Part shown: piece after piece, positions 9,237-20,446 of the stretch
Layout of the letters: every line of letters begins with the position of its first letter
How positions within the stretch are numbered: position 1 is the stretch's first letter
Sequence record: OR188718.1
Reading direction: 5' to 3' (one strand)
Source: Pseudomonas phage LPPA56
Length of the DNA: 42,384 nucleotides
The notes under the pieces: model-generated
Databases searched by the model: none
Told to the model about the DNA's origin: nothing
What the model saw: the letters and a program-made list of their open reading frames with translations, nothing else
Position numbers and translations under genes: made by a program

Positions 9237-12200
9237 ATGGCGAACCCAATGCAGCGCCTGATCCAGTTCGTTCTTCGCGGCCGGGACGAACTGTCGCCCG
9301 CCGCCCAGCAGTCGACCGAGGCGCTGGAAGGGCTGCGCACCACGGCGGCGAACCTGAACCGGCAGTTGGACGATGCGAAGGGGGCTCGCGGCCTGGTGAC
9401 CGCGCTCGGAACTACCGAGCGCGCCATTGCGCAGACGCAGACGTCGGTGCAGCGGGTGGACCGTACCATTGCGGACCTGCGCGAGGCGTTGGACCGCAAC
9501 CCCGGGAGCCGGGGCCTGGCCGTGTCCCTGCAGATCGCGGAGCGGGACGCAGCGGGTCTGCGTCGGACCCTTGACCAACTGACCGCTCGGCACGCTGAGC
9601 AGCAACGTGCGGCGCGGGCGGCGGGCGTGGATACCGGCCAGCTTGCCACCGAGGAGCGGCGGCTGGCGTCGGTGGTCGACAACACCCGCGAGAGCATCGC
9701 GCAGAACAGCCGCGAGATCCGCGAGCTGGAACGTGCGCAGATGCGAGCGGCGCGGGAGGCTGCTGGCCACACCTCGCGCGTGACGGCGCTGCGCGAGGCC
9801 ATGTCGTCCGGTGTTCGCCAGGCAGCCGCTTACGCCGCGGCCTTCGTCGGCATCCAGGCGGCGCTGAACCTGTTGCGCAGTGGAATCGGCCTGGTGCGTG
9901 ATGGCATCGTCTCGATGCTGACCACCGGCGACCAGTTCGAGAACCTGCAGAATCGGCTCACGTCGCTGATGGGCTCGGTTGCCGAGGGTGAGCGGGCAAC
10001 CGCCTGGATCAAGACCTTTGCCAAGGACACGCCGCTTCAGTTGAGCGACGTCGCCGACGCCTTCGCGCTGCTGAAGGCCTACGGCCTGGACCCGATGGAT
10101 GGGTCGCTGAAAGCGATCGAGGACCAGTCGGAGAAGCTGGGCGGCGGCATGGAGCGCCTGGAGGGCATCACGACAGCAGTCGGTCAGGCCTGGGCGAAGC
10201 AGAAGCTGCAGACCGAGGAGATCCTGCAGTTGGTCGAGCGTGGCGTGCCGGCGTGGGACATGCTGGCCAAGGTCACCGGCAAGAATGCCGCGCAGCTGGA
10301 GGATCTGGCGAGCAAGGGCAAGCTTGGCCGGGACGTCATCAAGGCGCTGGTCGACGAAATGGGGCGCAGCTCCGAAGGGGCCGCTGCGAAGGCCATGAGC
10401 ACCCTGACCGGTCTGGTCAGCAACCTCGGCGACACTGCGGCCGACTTTCTCAACCGCATTGCCAACGCCGGCGCGCTGGACCACGTCAAGAACAAGCTGA
10501 AGGAACTGGGCGATACCATTGCGCAGATGGACCAGGACGGGCGCCTCGACACGCTGGCCAAGGGGCTGTCGGATGCCTTCGTCCAGGGCTCGGAATGGGT
10601 CGAGCGCTTCATCAAGCGCCTGGCCGACGTCGATTTCGGCACCCTGATCGACAAGACCTCGGCCTGGCTTAGCAGCTTCAGCACCCAGCTGGACGACATG
10701 GCCTCGCGGGTGCAACTGTTCATCGCGCCGTTCCGGACGTTGTTCAACGGTGTCACCTCGGGCATCAGCGCTATCGCCCTGGCCTGGACCGGCACCCTGT
10801 CGCTGATGGTCGCCGGCATCGAGAAGGTGGCGGAGAAGATCCCGGCGGCGCTGGGTGGGGAGCGCATCCGCAGTTCCGTCGCCGGCGTCCACGACTTGCT
10901 CAGCAGCATGAGCGAGGGTTTCCGCCAGCAGATCCAGCAGGACGCGCAGGATATCGCGGATGCCTGGAACACCAGCACCACGGCTACCGCCTCCGCCGCA
11001 CAGCAGCAGAGCCAGGCGATCACCGACACCTTCACCGACCTGAAGGCGGGTGCGAAGAACGCGGCCGCCGAGTCGGTGCAGGCGGTGACCAGCCTGCAGA
11101 ATGCCCTGGACCAGATCAGCGCGGCCAAGACCACCGAGCAACTGACCGCCCTGCAGGGGGAAATGCTCAAGGCCTACCAGGCCGGCACGCTGAGCCAGCA
11201 GGAGTATGCGAACGGCGCCGGTGTCCTCAACGCGAAGCTGACCGAACTGAAGTCGACCGCCGGCGGCGCCGCCCTGGGGGTGTCTGACCTCAGTACCGGC
11301 CTGGAGAACTTGAAGCAGGTCCAGGACGCGATCAGCAGCGCGAAGACCACGGTCGATATCCAGAACATCCGGACGGCGCTGGGCCGGCTGTACAACGACG
11401 GCACGATCAGCGCGCGGGAGTTCAACCAGGAACAGACCAAGCTGTCCGCCAAGGTCAAGGAACTGAAGGCGGCCGGCGAGGAGGGCGCCAAGGGTATGCA
11501 GGCGGTCGCGGAGTCCTCGGACAAGGCGGCCAAATCGCTCTCGGACCAGCGCAAGGCCATTGGCGAATCGATGGAGGCGACCCGCAAGGGAGTAGCGTCG
11601 ACGAAGGACGACATGGGCGCCTTCGAAGGGTTCTTCGGTGGGGTGTTGAGCACCGCGCGGCAGGGCGTTGCGCAGTTGAGCCAGGAAGCGCTGAACGCCT
11701 TCGACGCGATGCGTGGGATCTCCACCGTCGATCTCAGCATCGACACCAGCAGCCTGGACGCCACGTCGCGCTCGCTGGCCAAGGTCAGCGAGCAACTGGC
11801 CCGGATCAAGGCCGAGTCGGGTGTGGGCATGAGCGGTTTCGGGCGCTGGGCGATGGATACCCAGCGAGCCAGCCTGGAGATCCAGGCGGCGTACCTGGAG
11901 CAGAAGCGCAGCCTGCAGAGCCTGATGGACGACTACGAGCGCGGGACCATGAAGCTGGGCGACTTCGTGTCGGCGGCCAAGGGCGCTCGAAATGGCCTCA
12001 GCCTGCTGAACGATTCGGATATGCGGCAACTGGAGAGCGCAATCGAGGCGGCCAATCAGAAGATCCAGCAGCTCAAGGAAGGCTCGAAGTCGACGCTGGT
12101 CAGCCTGCGCGAGGAACTGGCGGGGCTGCGCGGCGAGCAGGAAGCCGTGGATCGCAGCCGGTTCAACAGCCGTAAGGCTGAGTTGCAGCAGCAACTGGCC

Positions 12201-12509
12201 GAGGCCCAGGGCAGCGGCGACATGAACGCGGTACAGAACCTGATGACGGCGCTGGCCACCCTGCAGCAGATCCAGGCCGAGACGGATGCCAAGCGGCAGC
12301 GAGAGGAGCAGCAGAAGCGGGTGGACGAGCAGAACGCCGCCAAGGCCGCGGCGGCGCCGCCTGCCTCGCCGCCGGCTTCGAGTCCTCCGCCCCGGGTCGT
12401 TCGTTTCGAGACGGCGCGGGGAGCCGTTGACGTGGCGGTGGCCAGCGAACAGGACGAAACCAACCTGCTCGGCGTGCTCGAGCAGGCCAGCATGAGGACC
12501 GGCCGATGA
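9237..12509 (+). CDS. tail tape measure protein
   Basis: 1090 aa, Ala/Gln/Leu-rich with long predicted coiled coils; position after major tail gene. Confidence 0.8.
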   Translation: MANPMQRLIQFVLRGRDELSPAAQQSTEALEGLRTTAANLNRQLDDAKGARGLVTALGTTERAIAQTQTSVQRVDRTIADLREALDRNPGSRGLAVSLQIAERDAAGLRRTLDQLTARHAEQQRAARAAGVDTGQLATEERRLASVVDNTRESIAQNSREIRELERAQMRAAREAAGHTSRVTALREAMSSGVRQAAAYAAAFVGIQAALNLLRSGIGLVRDGIVSMLTTGDQFENLQNRLTSLMGSVAEGERATAWIKTFAKDTPLQLSDVADAFALLKAYGLDPMDGSLKAIEDQSEKLGGGMERLEGITTAVGQAWAKQKLQTEEILQLVERGVPAWDMLAKVTGKNAAQLEDLASKGKLGRDVIKALVDEMGRSSEGAAAKAMSTLTGLVSNLGDTAADFLNRIANAGALDHVKNKLKELGDTIAQMDQDGRLDTLAKGLSDAFVQGSEWVERFIKRLADVDFGTLIDKTSAWLSSFSTQLDDMASRVQLFIAPFRTLFNGVTSGISAIALAWTGTLSLMVAGIEKVAEKIPAALGGERIRSSVAGVHDLLSSMSEGFRQQIQQDAQDIADAWNTSTTATASAAQQQSQAITDTFTDLKAGAKNAAAESVQAVTSLQNALDQISAAKTTEQLTALQGEMLKAYQAGTLSQQEYANGAGVLNAKLTELKSTAGGAALGVSDLSTGLENLKQVQDAISSAKTTVDIQNIRTALGRLYNDGTISAREFNQEQTKLSAKVKELKAAGEEGAKGMQAVAESSDKAAKSLSDQRKAIGESMEATRKGVASTKDDMGAFEGFFGGVLSTARQGVAQLSQEALNAFDAMRGISTVDLSIDTSSLDATSRSLAKVSEQLARIKAESGVGMSGFGRWAMDTQRASLEIQAAYLEQKRSLQSLMDDYERGTMKLGDFVSAAKGARNGLSLLNDSDMRQLESAIEAANQKIQQLKEGSKSTLVSLREELAGLRGEQEAVDRSRFNSRKAELQQQLAEAQGSGDMNAVQNLMTALATLQQIQAETDAKRQREEQQKRVDEQNAAKAAAAPPASPPASSPPPRVVRFETARGAVDVAVASEQDETNLLGVLEQASMRTGR

Positions 12510-12916
12510 GGCTCGATGCGGTGGAACTGGGCGACCAGTTCGAATGGGTGGACGAGTTCACCTGGGATGCGGTGGCACAAGAGCAGGAACGCTCCCTGAC
12601 CGGCGCGCTGCTGGTGCAGGAAGGCACCAAGCTGCATGGCCGCCCGATCACACTGCGCTCCGGGGGAGGGGTATGGACGCCGCTGTGGGTCGTGCGCCAA
12701 CTGGAGGTGCTGCGCGACCAGCGCCTGCGGGTCATGCCGCTGGTGCTACCAGACGGCCGCGAATTCTCGGTGATCTTCAACCGCGCCGAAGGGACGCCGC
12801 TGGAAGCCGAACCGCTGTTCCGCGAGGTCAACCCCGGTCCGGACGCCGACTACCTGGTGACGTTGCGACTGCTTACCGTAGCGCCGCCCCCGGCGCCGCC
12901 CACCCCCGACCCTTGA
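12506..12916 (+). CDS. minor tail protein (gpM-like position)
   Basis: 136 aa, ATGA-coupled to the tape-measure gene. Confidence 0.4.
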   Translation: MRLDAVELGDQFEWVDEFTWDAVAQEQERSLTGALLVQEGTKLHGRPITLRSGGGVWTPLWVVRQLEVLRDQRLRVMPLVLPDGREFSVIFNRAEGTPLEAEPLFREVNPGPDADYLVTLRLLTVAPPPAPPTPDP

Positions 12917-12923
12917 TCCCACA

Positions 12924-12943
12924 CCCCGCCTCGGCGGGGTTTT
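12924..12943 (+). terminator. hairpin CCCCGCCtcGGCGGGG + TTTTCTTTTCTGG before gene start 12965
   Basis: read directly. Confidence 0.45.
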
Positions 12944-12964
12944 CTTTTCTGGCTGGAGTGTTCC

Positions 12965-15900
12965 ATGACGATCACCGTCGATGATGTAAAGCTGCTGAAA
13001 TCCCAGCGCCTCACCGATGAGGACGACGGCGGCGGCCGTGCCACCGGGCAGGCCGTGGTGGATCGCGAGATCAACAACCTGTTTCCCGATATCTCGCGCC
13101 TGGACCGGACCATCGGCCGGATCAACCTGCGCAAGGCCTTCGCCGGCATCAGCTCGAATAGCGCCGAGCCGTACCTGGGCGCTCATGCCATCGTCACGCG
13201 GGCGCCGGCCGATCCGCGTGTCTCGGTGCTGCTGTTCAACACCGGCAGCCAGACCGATGAGCGCCGCGACGCGCGCAACGCCATCGAGTCCTTCGTGGTG
13301 CCGGCCGTGTCTGCCTCGTTCGAACTGCTGGGCAACCAGTTGCAGGGCCAGCGCGCCATCGCTTGCGTGCAGCGCGAAGAACAGCGGCTGCCCGAGATTG
13401 GCGAGGTCTATCAGTTGGTGTTCGAGTCGCGCTCGCAGTATGTCCGCATCACCGACGTCGAGGCGCGGCTGGAACAGTTTGCCCACGACTACGGCAACGG
13501 CAACTTCGTGAACTTCACCCGGCGCCGGCTGGACCTGTCGATCAGCGCGCCGCTGGGCGCGACCTTCCCCGGCGGCCAGGTGACGCCAGGCGGCACCACC
13601 AGCCCGAAAAGCCAGGTGCTCAGCACCCAGGTCGCCGATGCCGCGCGGTACTACGGCATCAGCCCCCTGGCCGAGGCTGTCAGCCGCGGCGCGCTGAGCC
13701 TGCGGGTCAAGTCGGTCTATTCCCAGCTGGTGCCCAGCACCACCCGAGAGAACGCGCTGGTCGACCAACTGGCCGGCTACCAGCGGCGCCTGTTCGCTGC
13801 GGCCGGGCCGGCGCGGACGGTCAACCTGAATGTCGCGAACATAGGCAGCGGCAGGTCGCGGACGTTCCTCGGCACCGGCTGCGCGCCGGGTTCGCTGTCG
13901 CTGAGCGCCGGCGGCGGCGTGTTCGCCGACGACCGCAAGGGAGGCCTGCGCTACATCAGCGGTTCGAACTGGATTGCCAGCGGTACCGTCGACTACGAGA
14001 GCGGCGCAATCGAGATGGCGGCCTCCGGCAGCGGCTGGAGCGGGACAGCGAGCGCCACCTACCAGCCGGCCGCGGCGGCGACCGGCGAAGCGGTGACCGG
14101 GGAGATCCCTATCGAACTGGGCAACCGCGGCTTCGTCTACACCCTGTCGCTGTCCGAAGCGCCGCCCCAGCCGGGCACCCTGGTGGTCTCGTTCCTCGCC
14201 CTGGGCAAATGGCAGGAGATCCGCGACCAGGGCAACGGCGAATTGGCCGGGGAAGGCACCGGCACGGTGGACTTCGCGACCGGCTCGGTATCCATCACCC
14301 TGAGCGCGCTGCCGGACGTGGGGAGTTCGCTGATCTACGCCTACGTCGGGCAGAACGATGCGGCGCTGACCCAGCGCACCGGCACCAGCGTGCAGGCGCG
14401 CGCGCGGATCAACCGGACGTTGCCGCACCAGGGGCTGTTGCCCGGCTCCTACAAGGCGACGTTCAAGGTCGGCGGGGTAGAGCGCACCGTGCTCGATAGC
14501 GGCAACGGCTCGCTCAGCGGTACCGGTGGCAGCGGCCAGATCAACTATGCCGACGGCAAGGTCAGCATGGAATTGAGCGCCACCCCGGATGCCGGGAGTG
14601 GGATCGTGCATACCTACCAGCAGGGCAGCGTGACAGACAGCCCGCTGGCGGTGACCTCCGACAGCACCGGCATGTGCATCGGCACTCTCCCCGGGGCGCC
14701 GCTCAAGGCGGGCAGCGTGCGCCTATCGTGGATCACCAAGCGTCGCCAGGCGGCACCGACCCTCGGTGCTGACATGGGCACCGGGGCGCTGCCGATCTTC
14801 GAATCGGAGATCACCGTGGACAACTCGGTGACCGACGACGCCGCCGGCGGCTGGGCCGGGCGCGCCGGGACGATCAACTACGAGACCGGCGAATTCAGCC
14901 TGAAGGTGGCCGGCAACTACGTGTTCAAGGAGTACACCTACTACACCGACACGGTCGACAACTTCGGTATGAAGAAGCTGCGCCTGGTGGCCACCGATAC
15001 CACGTTGCTGGAGGGGTTCGGCGGCACGCTGAGCGTGCGCGCGCAGAGCCGCGGCGTCGAGTACGGCGAGCAGACCGATTCGCAGACCGTCGCTCCGGTG
15101 ACCCTGGACCTGTTGCCTGGTGTGGCCGAGCCGATCCTGCCGGGCTCGCTGGTGTTCACCTGGGCCGGCGAGGTCTACGTCGACCGCTCCGGTGTGCTCT
15201 ACAAGAACATCAACAGCAGCACCAACGCCGGCATCGCCGTCGGCTCGGTGGACTACGCCGGCCGTACCGCGACGCTGAATACCTATGGCTCGGGGGCGGC
15301 GCCGACGGTCACGCTGCTGGCCTGTCTGACCACCAACGCCGGCTTCAGCGTCACCAGCATGACCTTCCGCACGCCGGGGGCGCCGCTGCGTTCTGCGAGC
15401 CTGCAGGTGACGGCGGTTCGCCTGGATACCGCGCAGATCGTGACCACCACGGCGGACGCGAACGGTAAGCTCAATGGCGCGGTGATCAAGGGTAGCGTCG
15501 ATATCGTGACCGGCATCGTCCGGCTGCGCTTCACCAGCAATCTGGAGGACACCACTGGGGCCAGCGATATCCCGGTGATTCCGCTGCTGCTGCGCTACAA
15601 CGCGGTCGTCTTCACCTCGCTGCCGCTGGACGCCACCCTGCTGGGCCTGGACCCGGTGCGACTGCCGGCGGACGGGCGGGTGCCAGTGTTCCGCGAGGGT
15701 GACGTGATGGTGGTTGCCCATACCGCCGAGACCACGGTGCCGAGTCCTCAAGCTGGCGGCGTGCTGCAGCTCGGCCGCGACCAGCAGGCCGAGATCAAGG
15801 TGGTGGACGCCAACGCGGTGGAACTGGCCTCGGCGGGCTACAGCGTCGACCTGGAACGCGGCCGGGTGACATGGGCCAACCCGCTGGTCCTGCAGGATGC

Positions 15901-16516
15901 CGAGGGCAACCCGCTGACCCTGCCGCTAGTGGTGCGTGACCGGGTTGAGCACATGACCCTCTGCACCGAGGTCCAAGTGAACGGCGAGCTGGGAATCTCC
16001 TCGCCGCTGCCCTGGGATCTGCCGGCGGGCGAAACGCTGGCGTCCAGTGCGCTGAGCTGGGGCGACCTGCAGGCGCGGCTGCACCACTGGTTCACCCAGC
16101 GGACCTGGGATATCGGCTCGCCGAACTGGACCGACGAGCCCAAGGGCGATGGGACCACCGCCAACTACAACAGCCTCGCCTATCCACCGCTGATCGCCAA
16201 CCGCGGTGCGATCGATGCGAAGTGGGCGCTGGTGTTCAACTCCTCGACCAGTTTCAGCGTGGTGGAGGAGAAGCTGGGGGTCATCGCCAACGGCACTACC
16301 ACCACCGACACGGCGCCGATCAACCCGGAGACGAACACGCCGTACTTCACCATCCGCAAGGAAGGCTGGGGCAGTGGCTGGGCGGCCGGCAACGCGGTGC
16401 GCTTCAACACCGACTCGTGTCTGGGGCCGATGTGGATCGTGCGGACGGTACTCAGCGGCAAGGGCACCGTCGAGGACGATGAATTCCACCTGCAGATCAG
16501 AGGAGACGCGGACTGA
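12965..16516 (+). CDS. large distal tail / host-specificity protein
   Basis: 1183 aa, Gly/Thr/Ser-rich beta-type composition, in the distal tail module. Confidence 0.55.
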   Translation: MTITVDDVKLLKSQRLTDEDDGGGRATGQAVVDREINNLFPDISRLDRTIGRINLRKAFAGISSNSAEPYLGAHAIVTRAPADPRVSVLLFNTGSQTDERRDARNAIESFVVPAVSASFELLGNQLQGQRAIACVQREEQRLPEIGEVYQLVFESRSQYVRITDVEARLEQFAHDYGNGNFVNFTRRRLDLSISAPLGATFPGGQVTPGGTTSPKSQVLSTQVADAARYYGISPLAEAVSRGALSLRVKSVYSQLVPSTTRENALVDQLAGYQRRLFAAAGPARTVNLNVANIGSGRSRTFLGTGCAPGSLSLSAGGGVFADDRKGGLRYISGSNWIASGTVDYESGAIEMAASGSGWSGTASATYQPAAAATGEAVTGEIPIELGNRGFVYTLSLSEAPPQPGTLVVSFLALGKWQEIRDQGNGELAGEGTGTVDFATGSVSITLSALPDVGSSLIYAYVGQNDAALTQRTGTSVQARARINRTLPHQGLLPGSYKATFKVGGVERTVLDSGNGSLSGTGGSGQINYADGKVSMELSATPDAGSGIVHTYQQGSVTDSPLAVTSDSTGMCIGTLPGAPLKAGSVRLSWITKRRQAAPTLGADMGTGALPIFESEITVDNSVTDDAAGGWAGRAGTINYETGEFSLKVAGNYVFKEYTYYTDTVDNFGMKKLRLVATDTTLLEGFGGTLSVRAQSRGVEYGEQTDSQTVAPVTLDLLPGVAEPILPGSLVFTWAGEVYVDRSGVLYKNINSSTNAGIAVGSVDYAGRTATLNTYGSGAAPTVTLLACLTTNAGFSVTSMTFRTPGAPLRSASLQVTAVRLDTAQIVTTTADANGKLNGAVIKGSVDIVTGIVRLRFTSNLEDTTGASDIPVIPLLLRYNAVVFTSLPLDATLLGLDPVRLPADGRVPVFREGDVMVVAHTAETTVPSPQAGGVLQLGRDQQAEIKVVDANAVELASAGYSVDLERGRVTWANPLVLQDAEGNPLTLPLVVRDRVEHMTLCTEVQVNGELGISSPLPWDLPAGETLASSALSWGDLQARLHHWFTQRTWDIGSPNWTDEPKGDGTTANYNSLAYPPLIANRGAIDAKWALVFNSSTSFSVVEEKLGVIANGTTTTDTAPINPETNTPYFTIRKEGWGSGWAAGNAVRFNTDSCLGPMWIVRTVLSGKGTVEDDEFHLQIRGDAD

Positions 16517-17523
16517 TGACCGCTCGACAGTACAGCTATCGGGACGCCGGCGCACCGCCGGCGCTCTTCCCGTCGGCGGTGACGCCGTTCCAGAAGCTCA
16601 AGAGCTACCTGCGCGCGGCGCTGGTCGATGGCTACGGCAACAAGCCACCGGCAGGGTGGACCGTGGTAAGCGAGTTCGACACTGCCATCACCCTGGCTCC
16701 GGCGTCCAACTGTGCACAGATCACGTTCTGCCAGCACTTGCCAAGTAGTAGCGGTAGCAGCTACCGGGACTTCGTCGGGATCTTTGTACATGAGGGCATG
16801 CTGGATATCAGCACTCCGCTTCCAAAGGGGGTCAACACGCGATCACGTACGTGGTCGGCGGATACCAACCCCACCAGCAATGATGCCCATATCCTCTATC
16901 TGGGCTACATGTACTGGAACTACGCCACCTATTGGCAGATCTGCGCGGATGCCGAGACGTTTGTCTTTTGCATGCTGGCGGATAGGGGCTATGAGAATAC
17001 GAGCGAGGACTACAGCCTCGGCCTCTATGTCGGGCAGTACGAGAGCTTTAGTGGCGCCTCTGGCGTCCAGGGATTCATCGCCGTCGGTGGCGCCCAGGGG
17101 TATCAGAGTTCAGCCAGCCGAAGTACCAACCGGTCCTTTGGGAGTGGGTTCAGTTCACTGCGTGACCAGCGCTCGGGGGAGATCATCCAGGGTGGCGGCG
17201 CCGCCCTGGGGGCGCTGATGGACCAGATGCAGTACCAGAGCATGTACTACGACAGGCCAGAGGGAGAGAATCCGCCCTATTGGCGTATGCAGCAGCCCTA
17301 TGTGGCGAACGGCGCGAACTACGTCGGCCTCCTGAAGGGTGTGTGTTTCGACCCGATCCTGGGCCACTACCGGCATGGGCACCTGCTGGATCGGCTCGGC
17401 CTGCCCCTGGCCGCAACCTCGGTGGCGGAGGCGGTGCAGATGGATGGCAAGACCTATTACGTGGATATGGACCGTTGGGGGCTCTGGTTCCTGTCTGTCG
17501 ATCCGGCGTGGTGGCCAGCATGA
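16516..17523 (+). CDS. tail fibre / receptor-binding-like protein (contains a lower-GC patch)
   Basis: 335 aa; Tyr/Trp/Gly-rich. Nt ~16790-17200 are visibly less GC-rich than the flanks. Confidence 0.4.
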   Translation: MTARQYSYRDAGAPPALFPSAVTPFQKLKSYLRAALVDGYGNKPPAGWTVVSEFDTAITLAPASNCAQITFCQHLPSSSGSSYRDFVGIFVHEGMLDISTPLPKGVNTRSRTWSADTNPTSNDAHILYLGYMYWNYATYWQICADAETFVFCMLADRGYENTSEDYSLGLYVGQYESFSGASGVQGFIAVGGAQGYQSSASRSTNRSFGSGFSSLRDQRSGEIIQGGGAALGALMDQMQYQSMYYDRPEGENPPYWRMQQPYVANGANYVGLLKGVCFDPILGHYRHGHLLDRLGLPLAATSVAEAVQMDGKTYYVDMDRWGLWFLSVDPAWWPA

Positions 17524-18380
17524 GCGGGCTGATGCTGCAGGTGGTGCCGCCGGTACAGGTCAGGCCCGGCACCTGGCTGCAGCGCTTCGGCATTGGGCCG
17601 AAGTCGCTGCGCCCGCCTGTGGAGGTTGCCTGGTCGGGGGCCAGGCAGGCGATCTACCAGACCCTCGCCGTGAAGGTCACCCGTGAAGGGGAGGAGACCT
17701 CGGCGCGCAAGATCGCCACGCTGTATCGCGGGGCGGTTGTCACCGCGACTGCAATGACGGCGTCTTTCCAGGTCTACGAGGGCGAGACGGTGCAGCGCTT
17801 CGAGGCATCGGGCCTGCGCGGACAGTTCGTGATCCAGGTCACCGACGAAGGCGACCCGCGCCTGGGGATCATTCGCTGGCCGGTCCTCGATGCCGATACG
17901 CGCCTGCTGTCCTATGACCTGACCGAAGGCTCGGGCGGTCGAGATCCGACCGACCCAGCGAAGGTGCGGGCGGTCGTCACGGTCGACGGCGGTGCTGCGG
18001 CGCGCCAGGTGGTGGTCATCGAGCGCAAGCTCGATGGCGAATGGCGGGTGGCCGGCGTGGGGCAGACGGCCGAGTCCGGGCGTGCCGAGATCGCCCTGGA
18101 GGTGACGGCCGGCGGGACCACTTACGCGATGGGGCTGGATGACTGGGGCGCGGTGTTCGAGCCGCGTCTCGCCGTCAGCCTGGGCCAGCGCGTGCGTCCG
18201 ACGATCTTTTCTGGCTGGCTCTACGAGGTGACCGAGGCCGGGGTACTGCCGGCGGCTGAGCCGGAGTGGTGGCCGATCGAGGGCGACAACCCCAGCCGCC
18301 AGGTCGGCACGGCCCGTCTGCAGGCGACGCGATACTACCGCCCGCTCAGCCACGGGCCCTTTCCTGTCGAGGCTCTATGA
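17520..18380 (+). CDS. tail protein
   Basis: 286 aa from ATG 17520 overlapping the upstream stop (track ORF 17280..18380). Confidence 0.4.
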   Translation: MSGLMLQVVPPVQVRPGTWLQRFGIGPKSLRPPVEVAWSGARQAIYQTLAVKVTREGEETSARKIATLYRGAVVTATAMTASFQVYEGETVQRFEASGLRGQFVIQVTDEGDPRLGIIRWPVLDADTRLLSYDLTEGSGGRDPTDPAKVRAVVTVDGGAAARQVVVIERKLDGEWRVAGVGQTAESGRAEIALEVTAGGTTYAMGLDDWGAVFEPRLAVSLGQRVRPTIFSGWLYEVTEAGVLPAAEPEWWPIEGDNPSRQVGTARLQATRYYRPLSHGPFPVEAL

Positions 18381-20137
18381 TCAATGCGAGTTTCGGCGCC
18401 CCCTGGCAGAGGGCGGCGCCGCTTTCCGTGCGCGCCGTCCCGCTGCGCTGGCAGCGCCTGGTGCTTGCCGATGCGCGTAGCGCCGGGCTGTGGGGCTCCG
18501 GCCGGCCCCTGGCACGGCGTTGCGCCAGTGGCTGGTCCGGTGTACCGGTGCGTGATGCGGGCTGGGGGAGTGGCTGGGAGCACGCCGAGCAGCGCAACGC
18601 GGCAGCCCGCAGCGCTTGGGACAGTACCCGGGTGCTGGACGTGGAGAGAGAGCTAGGCTGGGATCGGACGCTGCGCCCGCGTGATCGGCGCCTGTCGCTG
18701 ATCTACAACCCGCGCCCGTCGCCCAAGGACGCCGGCCGTCCACCCGGCTGGCGGCGCTCGGCCGAGTTCGACCGCTTCCGCGATGCGCTCTCGGAGAGGC
18801 GTGCCAGTCTCTACATCCCGACCGGCCTGCTCGACTTCAATTTCGGCCCGACCCGCTACACCCCGGCGAACACGCCCGACGTGTTTTTCGATTTCCGCTA
18901 CGTGGCGCCGGTCCGTGGTATCCGGCCGGTGGACGCCGGGGCGCGCAGCAGCTACGGCAGTCCGACCCGCTTCGATGCGTTGCGGCGGATTCCCTGGGCA
19001 TGGGGGCGGCCGACCGATCCGGTGCCGACGGGCATTGTCTACCCCGACTATCCGGGGCCGGTGGTACCGATAGATCCACCCACCGAGCCCGAGATACTGG
19101 AGACCTACATGATAGGAAACACGGTCACCCTGGTGGTGCTGCCGAGTCGCACGCCGCTGGATGCGACCAGCATTCGCATCGGCCTGGATATCGACTCGTT
19201 CGCCTGGTCGTTCTCGGCTGACCTGTTCGGTCGTACCTCGCTGGACCTGGCGGCGCCGGATGCCAACGGGCCGAAGACGGTAGAGCTGGAGATCAACGGC
19301 TGGACCTGGCGGTTTCTGGTCGAGCGTTACAGCGGCAGCGGCAAGCATCCGAGCGAGCGCTACACCATCAGCGGCGCGAGCCGCACCCAACTGCTGGACG
19401 CGCCCTATGCGCCGAAGCGCAGCGCGGTGAACACGGCGCCGCTGAACGCACGTCAGGTTGTCGACGACCAGTTGCAGTACACCGGCTTTTCAGTGTCCTG
19501 GGACGTCGAGAACATGGGGCCGCCGGACTGGACGCTGCCGGCCGGCGCCTTCAGCTACCAGGACCAGACGCCGATGCAGGTCATCGTCAAGCTGGCCGAG
19601 GTCGCCGGCGGCATCGTCCGGCCGGGCCTGATGGACGACTCGGTGACGATCCTGCCGCGGTATCGTGAGGCGACCTGGTACTGGGACACCGCGATTCCCG
19701 ACCGGATCATCCCGGCCGCCATCGTCGCCGAGTGGGGCAGCGAGTGGAGTCCCCAGCCGGCATGGAATTTCGTCTACGTCAGCGGTACCAGCTACGGCGT
19801 CAGCGTGCAGGTGCGGCGCGCCGGTACCGCCGGCGAGGAGTCGGCGCCCGACGTCATGGAGGACTGGATGACCGGCACCGAGGTGGCGCGCTCGCGTGGG
19901 ATCTGCGAGCTGTCGAAGGGCGGTAACCAGGCGATCGAGACGCGCCGTATCCCGCTGTTCCAGAAGGATGACGGGGTACCGGGCCTGGTGCAGCCGGGAA
20001 TGCTGGTCGAGGTGAGGGACGAACAGGTTACGTGGCGTGGTCTCTGCCTGGCCACCGATATCTCGGCTGAGGGAGTAGGGGCTAGCCGCGTTTGGCAGAC
20101 CCTGCGCATCGAGCGCCACTACCCGGGAGGCTCCTGA
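18377..20137 (+). CDS. tail protein (fibre / tip-associated)
   Basis: 586 aa from ATG 18377 (ATGA overlap); track ORF 18266..20137. Confidence 0.45.
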   Translation: MINASFGAPWQRAAPLSVRAVPLRWQRLVLADARSAGLWGSGRPLARRCASGWSGVPVRDAGWGSGWEHAEQRNAAARSAWDSTRVLDVERELGWDRTLRPRDRRLSLIYNPRPSPKDAGRPPGWRRSAEFDRFRDALSERRASLYIPTGLLDFNFGPTRYTPANTPDVFFDFRYVAPVRGIRPVDAGARSSYGSPTRFDALRRIPWAWGRPTDPVPTGIVYPDYPGPVVPIDPPTEPEILETYMIGNTVTLVVLPSRTPLDATSIRIGLDIDSFAWSFSADLFGRTSLDLAAPDANGPKTVELEINGWTWRFLVERYSGSGKHPSERYTISGASRTQLLDAPYAPKRSAVNTAPLNARQVVDDQLQYTGFSVSWDVENMGPPDWTLPAGAFSYQDQTPMQVIVKLAEVAGGIVRPGLMDDSVTILPRYREATWYWDTAIPDRIIPAAIVAEWGSEWSPQPAWNFVYVSGTSYGVSVQVRRAGTAGEESAPDVMEDWMTGTEVARSRGICELSKGGNQAIETRRIPLFQKDDGVPGLVQPGMLVEVRDEQVTWRGLCLATDISAEGVGASRVWQTLRIERHYPGGS

Positions 20138-20373
20138 TGGCGACGGTCAACCCCTGGCGTCGGTTCATCGGGCTCTTACCGGGCGGCGCGCGCACGGTGG
20201 GGGAGGTGATCGACGTCGACGAGGGCGCCGGCACCTGCCGCGTCCGCCTGCGAAACAACGTCGTGATCGCGGCTCGGGGCACGGCGGTGCCGGCCGGGCA
20301 GATGGCGTTCATCAGCGATGGCCTGGTGACCGGGCCGGCGCCGCAGCTCCCCCAGTTCGATATCGAGGTCTGA
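20137..20373 (+). CDS. small hypothetical protein at end of tail module
   Basis: 79 aa, ATGA-coupled start at 20137. Confidence 0.3.
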   Translation: MATVNPWRRFIGLLPGGARTVGEVIDVDEGAGTCRVRLRNNVVIAARGTAVPAGQMAFISDGLVTGPAPQLPQFDIEV

Positions 20374-20400
20374 GCCGGCCGGCTCCAGGCCTTCAACCCA

Positions 20401-20424
20401 AGCCCGCCACCTAGCGGGCTTTTT
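20401..20424 (+). terminator. intrinsic terminator AGCCCGCcacctaGCGGGCT + TTTT upstream of endolysin
   Basis: 7-bp stem, 6-nt loop and T-run read directly. Confidence 0.5.
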
Positions 20425-20446
20425 CATGCCCGGAGGAAATGAAATT

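Noticed and set aside
8895-12194. Very long minus-strand ORFs (e.g. 8895..12194 1099 aa, 12746..14611 621 aa, 4225..5679 484 aa, 14723..15751 342 aa, 18653..19390) antisense to structural genes
   Set aside because: Typical stop-codon-poor antisense frames of GC-rich DNA. Arg/Gly/Ala/Pro-rich low-complexity translations, no RBS, and they overlap well-supported + strand genes.
20092-20373. The 79-aa ORF after the tail genes as holin
   Set aside because: No hydrophobic transmembrane segment. Better holin candidates exist at 40799-41447.
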